DNA of 63,491 nucleotides, counting the filler, from Octopus bimaculoides (taxonomy: Eukaryota), in NCBI RefSeq assembly GCF_001194135.2. It is 5 parts of 4 records of this genome, joined end to end, with 100 filler letters (N's around TTAATTAATTAA, not from the genome) between each part and the next. Parts side by side here need not be neighbours in the genome. Positions count along the whole stretch, not along the records: positions 1 to 8,382 come from NW_026438479.1; positions 8,483 to 28,094 come from NC_069002.1; 3 more parts are not named here. One strand, given 5' to 3'. The position numbers and the translations under genes were made by a program. This document shows, one piece after another, positions 1 through 14,808 of the stretch (its first letter is position 1; every line of letters begins with the position of its first letter). The notes under the pieces were generated by a model. It worked only from the letters and a program-made list of their open reading frames with translations. It did no database searches and had not been told where the DNA came from.

Positions 1-34
<34 letters not shown>

Positions 35-342
35 TGATATTTTGTATCCTCATATATATGTATATATATATATATATATATAAATTTATACAAATAAATA
101 AATATATATATATATATACTGATATTATGTATCCTCATATATATGTATATATATATATAAATTTATACAAATAAATAAATATATATATATATACTGATAT
201 TATGTATCCTCATATATATGTATATATATATATATAAATTTATACAAATAAATATATATATATATACTGATATTATGTATCCNNNNNNNNNNTATATAAA
301 TTTATACAAATAAATAAATATATATATATATACTGATATTAT
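1..342. repeat. AT-rich minisatellite, ~75-80 bp unit, 4-5 copies
   Basis: Unit tatatactgatattatgtatcctcatatatatg(ta)n aatttatacaaataaataaa repeats head-to-tail across a 10-N gap. Confidence 0.85.
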
Positions 343-347
343 GTATC

Positions 348-399
<52 letters not shown>

Positions 400-657
400 G
401 TATGTATATGTGTGTGAATATATATCTATGTGTATATATTTGTTTGTATATTTAAATATTTTAAGGTATATATTACATATATAGGTACACTTAATCTATA
501 TAACATATATATCTTGTGTATATCCATGAGAGTACATGTGTGTGTATACATACATACATATTTTCGTATATACATATATATATATATATATGCATGTATG
601 TATGTATACGTAAATTATTAAGGTGGCTATTCGCAATTTAGAACCGGTCCCCATCGG

Positions 658-694
<37 letters not shown>

Positions 695-1253
695 TTATAT
701 ATATAAAATTTTTAAAAATTGCCTGAAGCCAAAACTATTTTCTTAAATTACGTCGCACTTTCAAATCACGTGAAGGTCATTTTATATTCCATTTTTTTTT
801 TCATTTTTTACCTTTCAATCCCCCTCGTGGGGTATCGATTAAATATCACACCAATTAACCAACCAAGTAATTACTAGCTTCCATCATTACCTGCAGTGAA
901 TATCCCGTCCCACCTTATTTGCTCACGTGTGATCACGTGCGTTTTAAAAACAAATATCTGCATCATTGTACCTCATCGTTTTCAGATCAAATCCGTCTTA
1001 GAGCAGGCTTCATATTTATTTCTCCAGGGGCCATAAGAGATCTGTTAAATTTTTCCGGGCACTTAATTTCTCTATCAGAATTCGTAGTAATTATTCCTTT
1101 AAAGCGATACGGTTCCGTGCGTGACCTTCCCCACAGGATTTTTTTTCATTCATCCCTTATAATATCTGTAAAATCATTCGCCCTTTTTTCTTCCTTTTTT
1201 TGACAAAGAATGGATTATTATTATTATCATTATTATTATTATTTTTTTTTTTC

Positions 1254-1386
1254 TGTCCAGGTCGACTTTGCCTTTCATCCTTTCGGGGTCAATAAATTAA
1301 ATACCAGTTATGCACTGGGGTCGATGTAATCGATTCATTCCTGCCCCCAAAATTGTTGCCCTTGTGACAAAATTTGAAAACATTTA

Positions 1387-1429
<43 letters not shown>

Positions 1430-1555
1430 GCGGCGAGCTGGCAGACTCGTTAGCACGCCGGGCGAAATGCTTAGCGGCATTTTGTCTGCCGCTACGTTCT
1501 GAGTTCAAATTCCGCCGAGGTCGATTTTGCCTTTCATATTTTCGGGGAGTCGATT
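1254..1555 (+). mobile_element. Two copies of tRNA-derived SINE family A (one 5'-truncated) separated by (ATT)n
   Basis: Head gcggcgagctggcagactcgttagc (A box), gttctgagttcaaattccgccgagg (B box), core gtcgactttgcctttcatcctttcggggtcgataaattaagtaccagt. The core resembles the MetaSINE central domain (from recollection, not verified). Confidence 0.85.
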
Positions 1556-1828
1556 AACAAAAAAAAACAACAACAACTATAGCCTCTAATACAAACTACA
1601 GTGCTTATACATCAGATAATGTAGTCCTAGATACACTTTGCCTGAATATCAGATGGAACCGTCACAGCCGGAATCATCTGTGATCACAGATTTGCGGGGA
1701 TCACAACAGACTCGGGGCTAAGCAACAATAACACACTGATATATTATGCAATATTAATATACTGCTTGTTCTTTATCTCCTCTGATATATTATTCAATAT
1801 TAATATACTGCTTGTTCTTTATCTCCTC

Positions 1829-1859
<31 letters not shown>

Positions 1860-2929
1860 GTAGATATGTGTGTGTGTGTATGTGCATATATACATACATA
1901 TGCATACATATATATATGCATACTTACATATATATGCATGCATACATATATATTTGTATACATACACACATATATATATATATATATATACATATATATG
2001 TATACATATATATATATTTATATACATATATATATTCATAATACACATATATATTCATAATACATATATAGACGTGCATATTGATAAAGATATTTACAGG
2101 CATATTTATATATATTCACACGTGTGTGTATATATATGTATAATATATATACAAATAATATGTGAGTATATGCATATATACGTACATGTGTGTACATACC
2201 TACATCTACATGTATATATAGATGCATATCTGGGTACAGGACATTGCAAACAAAACGTGGACAAAATGAAAAACAAATATAAACAAAGCACGGAAAGCAA
2301 ACTTTTTTTCGGACAACGGTAGGAACATACAGGAAAACAGACAGGCCACATAGAGAACATTTCCTTCATTAGCTACCCCTATTCAAGACTAAACGATATA
2401 TATATACACATACAGGAGATTGGGAATGAGACTCGGGAGATGGAGAACTCCAAAGGAAAGGCCTTCAACATCACCAAGACGTGTGGCCAAAGAAGCTTTC
2501 ACCATTGGAAACAAACCCTATAAAACATTCCTAGATGTAAATATCTTATAGAAGAATGAGTCGATGAAGAATAACAAGAAGATGAAAAACAAGGTTAATT
2601 TATCTTTTTCTCAAAAACCGAAGCAGACACATTCACCCACCTCACCATGACACACAGCTAGGAATATATCTAAATGGCTTTATATTTTTCCAGTGGAAAC
2701 CAACACCATCTTTCTGGCCCTTTTGTATTCTGAATTTTTTTTTTTTTCATATAGAGCAGCAACAACAAAGAGTTTGTGCAATGTGCTCCGCATCAATCTC
2801 TTGTCTATGTTTTACGTTTGGAGACATACTTCGTTGCTGCCATATTATTGTTGTGATTGACAAGTTAGGATTAGGATTAGTGCTCAGCGGCGTATTTAGT
2901 CCTTTTTTATGTTTTGTGTTGAAAAGCCT

Positions 2930-3265
2930 CCGAGGTTGACTTTTATCCTTTTCGGGTCGATAAAATAAGTACCAGTTGCACACTGGGGTCGATGTAATCG
3001 ACTTAGCCCCTTCCCAAAACTGCTGGCTTTGTACCCAAAATTTTGAAACAATTATTATGAAGGTGACGAGCTGGTAGAATCGTTAGCACATCGGGAGAAA
3101 TGTTTAGCAGTATTTCGCCCGTCGCTGCGGACTGAGTTCAAATTCCGGCGAGGTCGGCTTTGCCTTTCATCCTTTCGGGGTCGATAAATTAAGTACCAGT
3201 GAAACACTGGGTCGATGTAATCGACTCGTCTTGAATTTCAGGTTTTGTGCCTTTAATAATCAGGA

Positions 3266-3299
<34 letters not shown>

Positions 3300-3790
3300 G
3301 GCGGTGAGGTGAAAGAGTAGTTAGCTCGCCGGACAAAATGCTTAGTGGAATTTTGTCCGTCTTTATGCTCTAAGTTCAAATGTCGCGAAGGTCCACTTTG
3401 CTTNNNNNNNNNNNNNNNNNNNNNNNNNNNNNNNNNNNNNNNNNNNNNNNNNNNNNNNNNNNNNNNNNNNNNNNNNNNNNNNNNNNNNNNNNNNNNNNNN
3501 NNNNNNNNNNNNNNNNNNNNNNNNNNNNNNNNNNNNNNNNNNNNNNNNNNNNNNNNNNNNNNNNNNNNNNNNNNNNNNNNNNNNNNNNNNNNNNNNNNNN
3601 NNNNNNNNNNNNNNNNNNNNNNNNNNNNNNNNNNNNNACTATTTTGGTGCTTCTCATAATTAAGACAATATATTGGAAGAATCATTAGTACGCCGAACAA
3701 AAGAGCATGCAAATTTCGTTACGTCCACGTACGTTCTAAGTTCAAATCCCGCTTAGGTCAATTTCACATTTCATCTACTTTGGAAAGTGG
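2930..3790 (+). mobile_element. Head-to-tail array of four SINE family A copies
   Basis: Copies start at ~2930 (truncated), ~3060, ~3299 and ~3685, sharing the head and core motifs with (ATT)n spacers. Confidence 0.8.
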
Positions 3791-4270
3791 AGGGGATGGG
3801 AGGGCGGGTCAGAAGCGAAAAGGGTATCAGTCAATTATGGATATCGATTTAATCGGTTAAGCCACGCCTATCTCTTAATCTCTGATCTTGTTCCTGCGGT
3901 TGAAAATATAATTATCTTCAAAGATTATATACGCATGTTTAATTGTGTGTTAATATATATTTATTGGGTTTATATAATAATGTTTATGGGCTTTGTAGGA
4001 TTGTTGGGTGTATATTCAAAGAACAGGTGTTGACAAACTTTAATGTTGGTAAGTGTGAGCCTGCGTGTGCGCGTCTGTATGTATGTATGTATGCATGTGT
4101 GTAAATGTGTGTGCGTGTATGTGTGCGTACGTGTACACATACACACTTAAGTTCATGCATAGATACATACACACATATATACCTAAACACTCCAACGCAG
4201 ACAGACAAACAAATATTTACATATATATATATGTATATATATATATGTATATATATATACATACATATAG

Positions 4271-4311
<41 letters not shown>

Positions 4312-4391
4312 NNNNNNNNNNNNNNNNNNNNNNNNNNNNNNNNNNNNNNNNNNNNNNNNNNNNNNNNNNNNNNNNNNNNNNNNNNNNNNNN

Positions 4392-4493
<102 letters not shown>

Positions 4494-4706
4494 TATACAC
4501 ACACACATATATACATATATATTACTCTTTTACTCTGTCTTGTTTCAGTCATTTGACCTTGGCCATGCTAGAGCACCACCTTTAGTCGAGCATATATATA
4601 TATATGTATATATATTTATTTATTTATTTATTTATGTATTTATGTGTTTCAGCCAAGTGGCTGCGGTCATGCTGGTGCATATATATAAATGCACTCACAC
4701 AGTAAT

Positions 4707-4740
<34 letters not shown>

Positions 4741-4954
4741 TTAATGCACCTCTAATGCTGGATTATAAAATGTGTTCTTCCGTTTTCAAGGTGGATCTTA
4801 GAGATTTATAGGCGATTTAACTGCTCTTTTCAGCACGTCGAAAATCCACTGTAATCATCGTACCACTTAACTCTAAACGCGAATATACAAACACATGTAT
4901 ATATATGTGTGTGTGTATGAGTGAAGTCTTTGTGTGTGAACGGATGTATATATA

Positions 4955-5004
<50 letters not shown>

Positions 5005-5326
5005 CGGTGTTTAAATTGCAACCATGGTTTTATATAGATCTCACAGCTATATGGAATATGTGAAACGCTGGTATTATAGTGATGATCGCCAATTTCCGCT
5101 CCGATACCTGCGTGAAACCACGGATTGAATATAAACAGCTTCTTATAACTAGGCAGACACACAGACACAGTGTTACATAGGCAGGAAAAAAAACAGCACT
5201 CACGCACACACACACATGCATTTGTGTATAGTGATACCAGAATACGTTTGTGTATACCTGTGTGAAATGTATACACACACGCGTATATATATATATATAT
5301 ATATATGTTTGCATGTATATATAATA

Positions 5327-5478
5327 GGCGCAGGTGTGGCTGCATGGTAAGAAGCTGCCTTCTCCACCACATGGTTCAAGGTTCAGTCCTACTGCGTGGC
5401 ACCTTAGGCTATGCCTTCTAGCCGACCAAAATCTTGTGAGTAGATTTGGTAGACAGAAACTGAAGAAATCCCGTCGTA
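5327..5478 (+). mobile_element. tRNA-derived SINE family B, 5' part
   Basis: ggcgcaggtgtggctgcatggtaagaagct...ggttcaaggttcagtcctactgcgtggcacctt. Same family as 62267-62431 (+) and 57110-57290 (-). Confidence 0.8.
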
Positions 5479-5493
5479 ATCCATCTATATATG

Positions 5494-5535
<42 letters not shown>

Positions 5536-6698
5536 TAGNNNNNNNNNNNNNNNNNNNNNNNNNNNNNNNNNNNNNNNNNNNNNNNNNNNNNNNNNNNNNN
5601 NNNNNNNNNNNNNNNNNNNNNNNNNNNNNNNNNNNNNNNNNNNNNNNNNNNNNNNNNNNNNNNNNNNNNNNNNNNNNNNNNNNNNNNNNNNNNNNNNNNN
5701 NNNNNNNNNNNNNNNNNNNNNNNNNNNNNNNNNNNNNNNNNNNNNNNNNNNNNNNNNNNNNNNNNNNNNNNNNNNNNNNNNNNNNNNNNNNNNNNNNNNN
5801 NNNNNNNNNNNNNNNNNNNNNNNNNNNNNNNNNNNNNNNNNNNNNNNNNNNNNNNNNNNNNNNNNNNNNNNNNNNNNNNNNNNNNNNNNNNNNNNNNNNN
5901 NNNNNNNNNNNNNNNNNNNNNNNNNNNNNNNNNNNNNNNNNNNNNNNNNNNNNNNNNNNNNNNNNNNNNNNNNNNNNNNNNNNNNNNNNNNNNNNNNNNN
6001 NNNNNNNNNNNNNNNNNNNNNNNNNNNNNNNNNNNNNNNNNNNNNNNNNNNNNNNNNNNNNNNNNNNNNNNNNNNNNNNNNNNNNNNNNNNNNNNNNNNN
6101 NNNNNNNNNNNNNNNNNNNNNNNNNNNNNNNNNNNNNNNNNNNNNNNNNNNNNNNNNNNNNNNNNNNNNNNNNNNNNNNNNNNNNNNNNNNNNNNNNNNN
6201 NNNNNNNNNNNNNNNNNNNNNNNNNNNNNNNNNNNNNNNNNNNNNNNNNNNNNNNNNNNNNNNNNNNNNNNNNNNNNNNNNNNNNNNNNNNNNNNNNNNN
6301 NNNNNNNNNNNNNGATTCTTCCCCACCCCCTCGAATTTCTGGTCCTCAATCTCGTATTGATCTCAAGATCTAACAGTACAACGCCAAGCCTCTTCTTGTC
6401 ATGTATGCACCTTGTCGACTGGTCCACCCACGCTCCACTCTTCCACACAGAGTACCCTATCAACTTTACCTTGTCCACACCCTTCGACTTCATCATAGCC
6501 ACCCGGCTACCTACCACCCCGCTCACTACTATACGCCCATAAACTAACACACACACAGAAACATATATACACACACACACACACACACATATACATATAA
6601 ACATGCACACACATACATATATACACACATATATACTACATGACTGTTTTCTTTTGTCGACGTCAACAAGTTTAAGTGCATGTATGAACATATTTTTA

Positions 6699-6745
<47 letters not shown>

Positions 6746-7085
6746 ATAATTGCTTGTATAAATATATATTTGTAGATATATATATATGTATGTATGTATA
6801 CAGAATTATAAATATGTATAGTAATATAAACATACACAACTTATAAAAACATACACGCATATATGTATTATATATATCTTATGTGTCTACGTCTATTATG
6901 TTTTAATATATGTTCATATATATATATATATATACGTATATGAATTNNNNNNNNNNTATATATATATAATTATATATATATATATACACACATATATATA
7001 TACATGTGTATATATATATATGTTTATTTGTATGCATTTTTATGTTATACAAACATGACTGCATAAATCTCAACACACTCGTGTT

Positions 7086-7145
<60 letters not shown>

Positions 7146-7590
7146 TACTTAGAGGGAGAGAGAGAAAAAGAGAGAGGGGGAGTAATTTCTCGTCTGAATG
7201 TCCCAAATGGAGTTTTGTAGATATAAATGTGGTACAACACCAGGTCTTGTTCATCAAAAGGGGTGTACAACAAAGCGTACATTATGTCTCTTTCTTGTAT
7301 ATACATATATACACACACACATATATACACATACATATATATATATTTATTTATAACATATATATATGTGAGGTCGGATTGAGAAAAATTTTTCACATTA
7401 ATCTGAAAAGTGACTGAATAGTTTTTTTTTTTGCAGAATACATATTTAGTGTACTTTTAACATGTAGAATGTTGACAGTAACTTCTAAGTTTTTTGGAGT
7501 TTTGTTTTTTTGTGTTTTTTTTTTTGTTTTTTTAGACGAAAGCTGGCAGGCCGAATCTTCGAAGTCAGTTATACTCCTCTGAATGTAAAA

Positions 7591-7626
<36 letters not shown>

Positions 7627-7645
7627 AATATACATGTAAACATAT

Positions 7646-7703
<58 letters not shown>

Positions 7704-7817
7704 AAAAAATAATAAGGTACTCAGATATCTGAGTATATGCATTTACATGTATATATACATACATATATATATACATACATACATATACATATACATATAT
7801 ATATACATATAAATATC

Positions 7818-7851
<34 letters not shown>

Positions 7852-8219
7852 TATATATATACATATATATATGTGTACATATATATACACATATATATAC
7901 ACATATATACACACATATATATATACATATACACATATATACATACACATATATACACACACACATATATATATATACATATATATTTATCTACATATAT
8001 ATATATTTATATACATACATATATACAATATTCTATCAACACATGATATGATAACTTCGTGGTTGTTTTACATTACAGTGAACCCTCTGTTATGAGACCT
8101 AGCCATTTCTGTCGCCCTACGTGTTGATGTGCCTCGATTCTATTGAATCTTCCACCGCTTCATTTAGACTGTTGATTTTATACACATGCTTTCATATCTA
8201 CATATGTGTCTCCACACAT

Positions 8220-8292
<73 letters not shown>

Positions 8293-9594
8293 TATATGTA
8301 TGTGTATATACATATAATGTTCATGTATATACATTTGAACAGGGAGCGAGATAAACCTTTTATATGCATAATAACATTACTANNNNNNNNNNNNNNNNNN
8401 NNNNNNNNNNNNNNNNNNNNNNNNNNTTAATTAATTAANNNNNNNNNNNNNNNNNNNNNNNNNNNNNNNNNNNNNNNNNNNNCATACATACATACATACA
8501 TACATACATACATTAATGCGTATAGTTCTCTGCCGATAGAGACACCTGCAGGTTTTATCGCTGGTTGTGAAGTACTTATACTGATATGATTGATGTTAAG
8601 AAACCTGATTGGTTTGTGGGACATATTCTATATATATTGTATAATTTATGGACATACAGACACACACACACACACTCACACACATACACCAACATACACA
8701 CACACACGCACGCAAATATACATACAGATAGATACGTAGTTAGTTAGACAGAAAGACGGATGGGTAGACAGATACATAGATAAACGCACACAAACTCTTA
8801 TAATCAAAGATAGGTTTTAAATTACCAATTACAGTCGCCTCACTTCATGTCATCACTGATTTGATGAAGATTCATTTCTCAATACATCCACCCCCATCTC
8901 TTTCTTCCTCTCACTCCCTCCCTCTCCCTCTCTTATGCTCATTTTCTCGCACTCCCTCTATCTCTCTTGTCTCGTCCTCATCCACCTCCTCCTCATTTTT
9001 ATACCTCTCCCCACAATACCCGACACCCACACGTGATTAATTCCAAACGATAATGTCTCTGTAAATTATATTTCTTGCAACGTTCTTGATTGGAGAATTA
9101 GAACAGAGCCACTGTGAATGCAGGCATCTATCTTGANNNNNNNNNNNNNNNNNNNNNNNNNNNNNNNNNNNNNNNNNNNNNNNNNNNNNNNNNNNNNNNN
9201 NNNNNNNNNNNNNNNNNNNNNNNNNNNNNNNNNNNNNNNNNNNNNNNNNNNNNNNNNNNNNNNNNNNNNNNNNNNNNNNNNNNNNNNNNNNNNNNNNNNN
9301 NNNNNNNNNNNNNNNNNNNNNNNNNNNNNNNNNNNNNNNNNNNNNNNNNNNNNNNNNNNNNNNNNNNNNNNNNNNNNNNNNNNNNNNNNNNNNNNNNNNN
9401 NNNNNNNNNNNNNNNNNNNNNNNNNNNNNNNNNNNNNNNNNNNNNNNNNNNNNNNNNNNNNNNNNNNNNNNNNNNNNNNNNNNNNNNNNNNNNNNNNNNN
9501 NNNNNNNNNNNNNNNNNNNNNNNNNNNNNNNNNNNNNNNNNNNNNNNNNNNNNNNNNNNNNNNNNNNNNNNNNNNNNNNNNNNNNNNNNNNNNN

Positions 9595-9675
<81 letters not shown>

Positions 9676-11518
9676 TATCATCATCATCATCATTATCATT
9701 ATCATCCTCATCACATTGTTAAATTCTAAGATATTCTAAGACAGAGAAGCACAGTGCTTCATTTTCCACTTTGAAGTAGTCGAAATTGTATGGCAAGCGA
9801 TATGCATCCCCATTCTTTCTGTACGGCGATGTAGTTAAGTATGCTTTAGTATGATATATATATCTATTCACCATATATTGTATACCTACGTATATACATA
9901 CATACACTCAGGAACTCATATGTATATGTTTATCTTCTGCAGACGATAATAACTATGTAATTTGTGCTATTTCACATATATTCACTAAAACCAATCTAAT
10001 TCGTGCACATAAACACACAACGCACAATACCGCACTAACTGAACATCAAACCCATGAAAATGCTGTAAAATTTGGTCCACATTTTCCACTCTCTCCTTTG
10101 TGAGGTTCGAGTATGAAATCCCCAGGATGAACCCCTATGAAGGACTGCCTTTTATTTATAGCGTTAGAGTATACACCCACAAAGTGTCTACCTATCTACA
10201 AAAGAATTACTATTAACTCCCGCTTTCCCAATGTTCCAGTTTTTCTACTTAATTTATATAATGTTAGAATCGTATTTGTTTAACTAAATGGGTTGGTGCC
10301 ATTTACGACCACCCGTCCATCTTTTATACATGCATGCATCCATCCAACGAACCAACCATACATACATACATACATGCACACATACATACATATATACGTA
10401 AATGCATACATACATACATACATGTGTATGTATGTATGTATGTATGTATGTATGTATGTGTGCATGTACCGGTAGACTGTTGTGTTTTTGTAACATAAGA
10501 ATATTCATTGAACACCTAGAAGCTCTTCTCATTAAAAAAATTAACATTTACCAAGATTTTTTCATCTTCCACCGTGAAATGACAAATTTTTAAGTCAAAA
10601 AATATTATCCAACTTTGGGCAGTGAAATTTCACCTTCCAACAATGCACTTCTCGCCATATGCTTGCTGACCGTTTTATACACTTTATCTCTTTAAATATT
10701 TTCTCATCTGTCTTTTGAACTCTATCCATTCCCAGACCAAAACACTCCTATTCACAGCTGACATAAATTTCTAGTATTCTCTGGGAAATGTTCAACTTAT
10801 TTGGCTCTTTTACCAGAATGTATTCTTTTGCCAAGACCAGCCAAATCAATAATTCCTAACTGTAATATTTTTTCTAAAATTATATATAGTCTTCTGGCAC
10901 GCTCCACTGTCTCAGCAGTTTTTCCCCCCATAAACTATTATTTAACCTCAGATCAGCCCTGATCATGTATCTTTATGATCAGAGACCTATCGATTGCGAC
11001 GATACTGACTTTTCTTAACCACAATGCATCTGGAACCAAGTTCTCCAAACTATACTTCGCAATTTAAGACAGTTGTGTGGTTTGACGTAAATTTATTTGC
11101 TATTTCTAATCAGATAATCAAACACATGAAAGTACAGTCATTGACTCGCCTGGTTTATTTTATGCTGGATTCCTTTCAATCAGTTCTTCTCGTATTTTCC
11201 ATCAAAGCATTTCATGCTTGCTTGTTACCGTCCACATTGCTCGCAATATTTCACATTCCGACAAGCAATTGCTGGAATATCTCTATTTCCTTTACACGCT
11301 CCACGCAATTTTAATGTAGTTCCATTCCTGCCATGATTCTCACCCAATTCTCACCCAATTCTCACCCAATTCTCACACTCTGTTCATATAATCATTTGTT
11401 CTCCAACACTAATTATAAAACAATTTTTCCTGGAATCCAAGTGAAATCTATATAGTGTTTGTGCTTTCTATTAATAAAACCAAATATATACACCCTTCCC
11501 ACGACTGGACTGTATTTC

Positions 11519-11597
<79 letters not shown>

Positions 11598-11929
11598 TGT
11601 GTGCGCGCGTGTGTGCGCGCGTGTGTGTGCGTGTGTGAGCGCGCGCGTGTGTGTATGTATTAGTGTTTGCGCATGTATGTAAGTATATATGCATGTATGT
11701 ATGAGTTTTCTTTCAGTTTCATGTAAGTTCAGAAGAGTTAAGAGAGTTCTCGGTGTTTGTGAATATGAAATTGAGTTGTTGTGTTGGTGGAACAGCCGAT
11801 GCACATATCCCAAGTGTGTGCATCTGTTAACCCTTAATAGGTTGGATTTGGAGAATCAGCGTCAGTTTCTTTTGCTCTTTTTTCGTAAAACCTAGCATTT
11901 CTAGGGTTTTGTTCAAATCTGTTGGTACA

Positions 11930-13430
11930 AATTTGTTGGTAATGCACCTATGATGATAGGTACAAATGAGAATTCATAGGGTACAAGAGCTGTAAGTTCT
12001 GAATTAATTCACCATAAATGCTCTCTTTTTGTGATTGTACATTTACATGCACCTCTATAGCACTGCATGACTTTTGTTATCTGTCCCACAGAACGATACC
12101 AGATCTAATATGTTGACATCAGATGCTGTTTTCATTGGAGTGTTCCATAAGTATTCCTTGTTTTTAAAAGTGTGAATACCTGCTCGCTTTGACATGCCTT
12201 TCATGTGAACGTCAGTTCCATTCTCTCTGCGAATACCATTGTAAATAGTCTTTGCAACTATATCAGTCCCCAGCAGGGGCAGGGAGTATCTCGTAGACAT
12301 TTTGTGGCAGTGCTGCTTACGTGGTGATATATCCCACAGTGGTATAGCATAGCCGACGTTTTCTATCACAACGTGGAGGTTTGGTGGTATCTTTGTCCCT
12401 CCTTTTGTTTATCGGGCATTTTATAGCTATCTCCTGTTCTCGGAAAGTGAAAGCATATCCTTCTAGGTGAGATGTAATGTGTCTACCACGGGTCCAGGAG
12501 CGGCTACTCATCTTGTCACTAGTGTTGCTGTCCTCTAGGTTACGGGATATGTATCCATGCACTGCTTTTGTCTGATATGATGCCTGCTTCTTCTCACAGC
12601 TTCTGTTTATGTAGGCCAGTCCAGCCTCCTTTGGGTCACATGAGACAGTTGTATTTTCAGAGTACCGGCACAGTAGTTTTCCAACTCTGAAGATGTTGCT
12701 CTCACTTTTGAGTTTGTGTGGAATGTACTCGTTTCTTTCTTTACTCTTCAGCAGATGTTGTCTGAATGATACAATGCAACATTCAAGGGCTATTTGGACT
12801 GACCTTATACCTCTAACGCCATCACTTCGTCTCACGTAAATCCTATCGGTGATACTATAAAGGTGGAAGTGGCTAGCGGTGGTCAGTACCTTTCTGGTTT
12901 TGATGTCCAGACTGCGTATCTCGTCAAGCGTCCCTAAGGAGAGCATTGTTTAGGAGGACCGGTTCAGCACATCTCCAGACACCTTTCTTTTCTCCTGCCT
13001 GTTCATCGGTTATCACGCACCATCTCTTTGGCAATGGATTTACAGAAACGTACTCAGAAAACCTGTGTACAGTTTGTGCATAAAATTCAAGCATGTTACG
13101 GACCTATAGCTTTTTGGCCATGTGGGTTTCATTGTTCTTGAAGATAATAATAGCCCGAGCAAGCGTTAGCCAATCTGGTATATTCATTTCAATGTCCATT
13201 ATTGTTTTAAACAGGGTCATGAGAATTTATCTGTAGAACGTGAGCATTTTGTTCCAGGAGCCTACTATCAAGTCTCTTCCGGGTGATTTCCCATTTGGCA
13301 GTTTCATAATAACCGCCAGGAGTGTTTCATATTATATATTTTGCGAGAGTCAATTACACAATACTCTGTAGTTCCTTTTAACCATGCTGCATTACAATTG
13401 CCTCCTTTGTTCACATTCCAAATTCCCCGC
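11930..13430 (-). mobile_element. Degenerate Dong/R4-like non-LTR retrotransposon, 3' half
   Basis: ORF fragments LDEIRSLDIKTRKVLT...DRIYVRRSDGVRGIRSV...HGYISRN...EQEI...CDRKRRLC are typical of the post-RT and zinc-knuckle/RLE region; several frameshifts. Confidence 0.8.
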
Positions 13431-14130
13431 CAGAATGACTCTGGTTTTTCCTAGGGCGGAGCATGTACGACGCTGACCGTATCGCATTTCATACTGCGAT
13501 ACACAACTTGTGCGTTTCGGGCAATATTTCGGTTTAAGGACTTTCGTTCGTGTTATTCTTTACGACAATGAAGTTTTTCACTTACTGCTTTTACACCAAG
13601 TTTGAGAGTGATCAGTTTGTGCATGCATGATGCATGTATGTCTGTACGCATACATGTATGTATGTATGTACGTATGTATGTATGTATGCATGTATGTATG
13701 TATGTATGTATGTATGTATGTACGTACGTATGTACGTACGTACGTATGTACGTATGTACGTATGTATGTATGTACGCATGCATGTTTGTATGTGTGTATG
13801 TATGTATGTATGTGTCTGTATGGACGTAAGCATTCCCGTATGTATGCATGTATGTATGCATGTATGCACGCATGCATGCATGTATGTGTGTGTATATGTA
13901 TGAATGTGTGTGTGTGTGTGTATGTATGTGTGCATGTATGTATACATGTATGTATGTATAATGTTGCACGCTTTCTTCTTCTCAGCAGAAAACAATTGNN
14001 NNNNNNNNNNNNNNNNNNNNNNNNNNNNNNNNNNNNNNNNNNNNNNNNNNNNNNNNNNNNNNNNNNNNNNNNNNNNNNNNNNNNNNNNNNNNNNNNNNNN
14101 NNNNNNNNNNNNNNNNNNNNNNNNNNNNNN

Positions 14131-14239
14131 ATTTGCCAAGATATTTTCGTCGCTCTGAGACCGCGACCTTTTCACTGCAGCTCGGAATTTTTTCATTGAA
14201 CAGGTCGCAGTACAAAGCGACGAAAATATTTTGGCAAAT
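14131..14239. other. Long imperfect hairpin (~43-bp stem, 22-nt loop)
   Basis: atttgccaagatattttcgtcgct...gcgaccttttca / tgaacaggtcgc...agcgacgaaaatattttggcaaat. The outer 24 bp match with one substitution (G:U in RNA). Confidence 0.85.
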
Positions 14240-14577
14240 TAAATTTAAATGTTGAAGTGAATCTAACGGTTTTTTGTATGTTTTTAAATTGCTTATAAAC
14301 ACCTTCCACGCTGCAGTTGTTTTCGTTCCGGCACACGATCTCAGAGTTTTCAATTCGTTTTCAAATTTTACCAAATATTTCTTCGCTTCGAACTTTTCCT
14401 TTGACCATTTATGATTACCTCTTCCTAACATTTTCTGTTAAGTTTCAACTGAGAATCTTCTGTATTCTGTCTTTTAATAAAACTTTATTACTTCTCTCTC
14501 GCGCTCTTTCACTTCTTTCCTTTTGTCTCTACGTTTCACTTCATCCCTATCTATCTATCTATCTATCTATCTCTCTC

Positions 14578-14617
<40 letters not shown>

Positions 14618-14646
14618 CCTACCTACCTACCTACCTACCTATCTAC

Positions 14647-14701
<55 letters not shown>

Positions 14702-14773
14702 AATATCGCACACGCTGTTTCTTTACCAATTTTTACTTTTTCCTCGTCCTCCTCCTCCTCATCATCATCGTCG

Positions 14774-14808
<35 letters not shown>

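Noticed and set aside
1738-1830. ~46-bp tandem duplication (also an 11-bp repeat at 11336-11378 and a 29-bp repeat at 25060-25130)
   Set aside because: Ordinary local slippage duplications with no further structure.
8427-8438. TTAATTAATTAA recurring four times
   Set aside because: It is always centred in 44N-12-44N blocks, so it is an assembly placeholder and not a biological motif.
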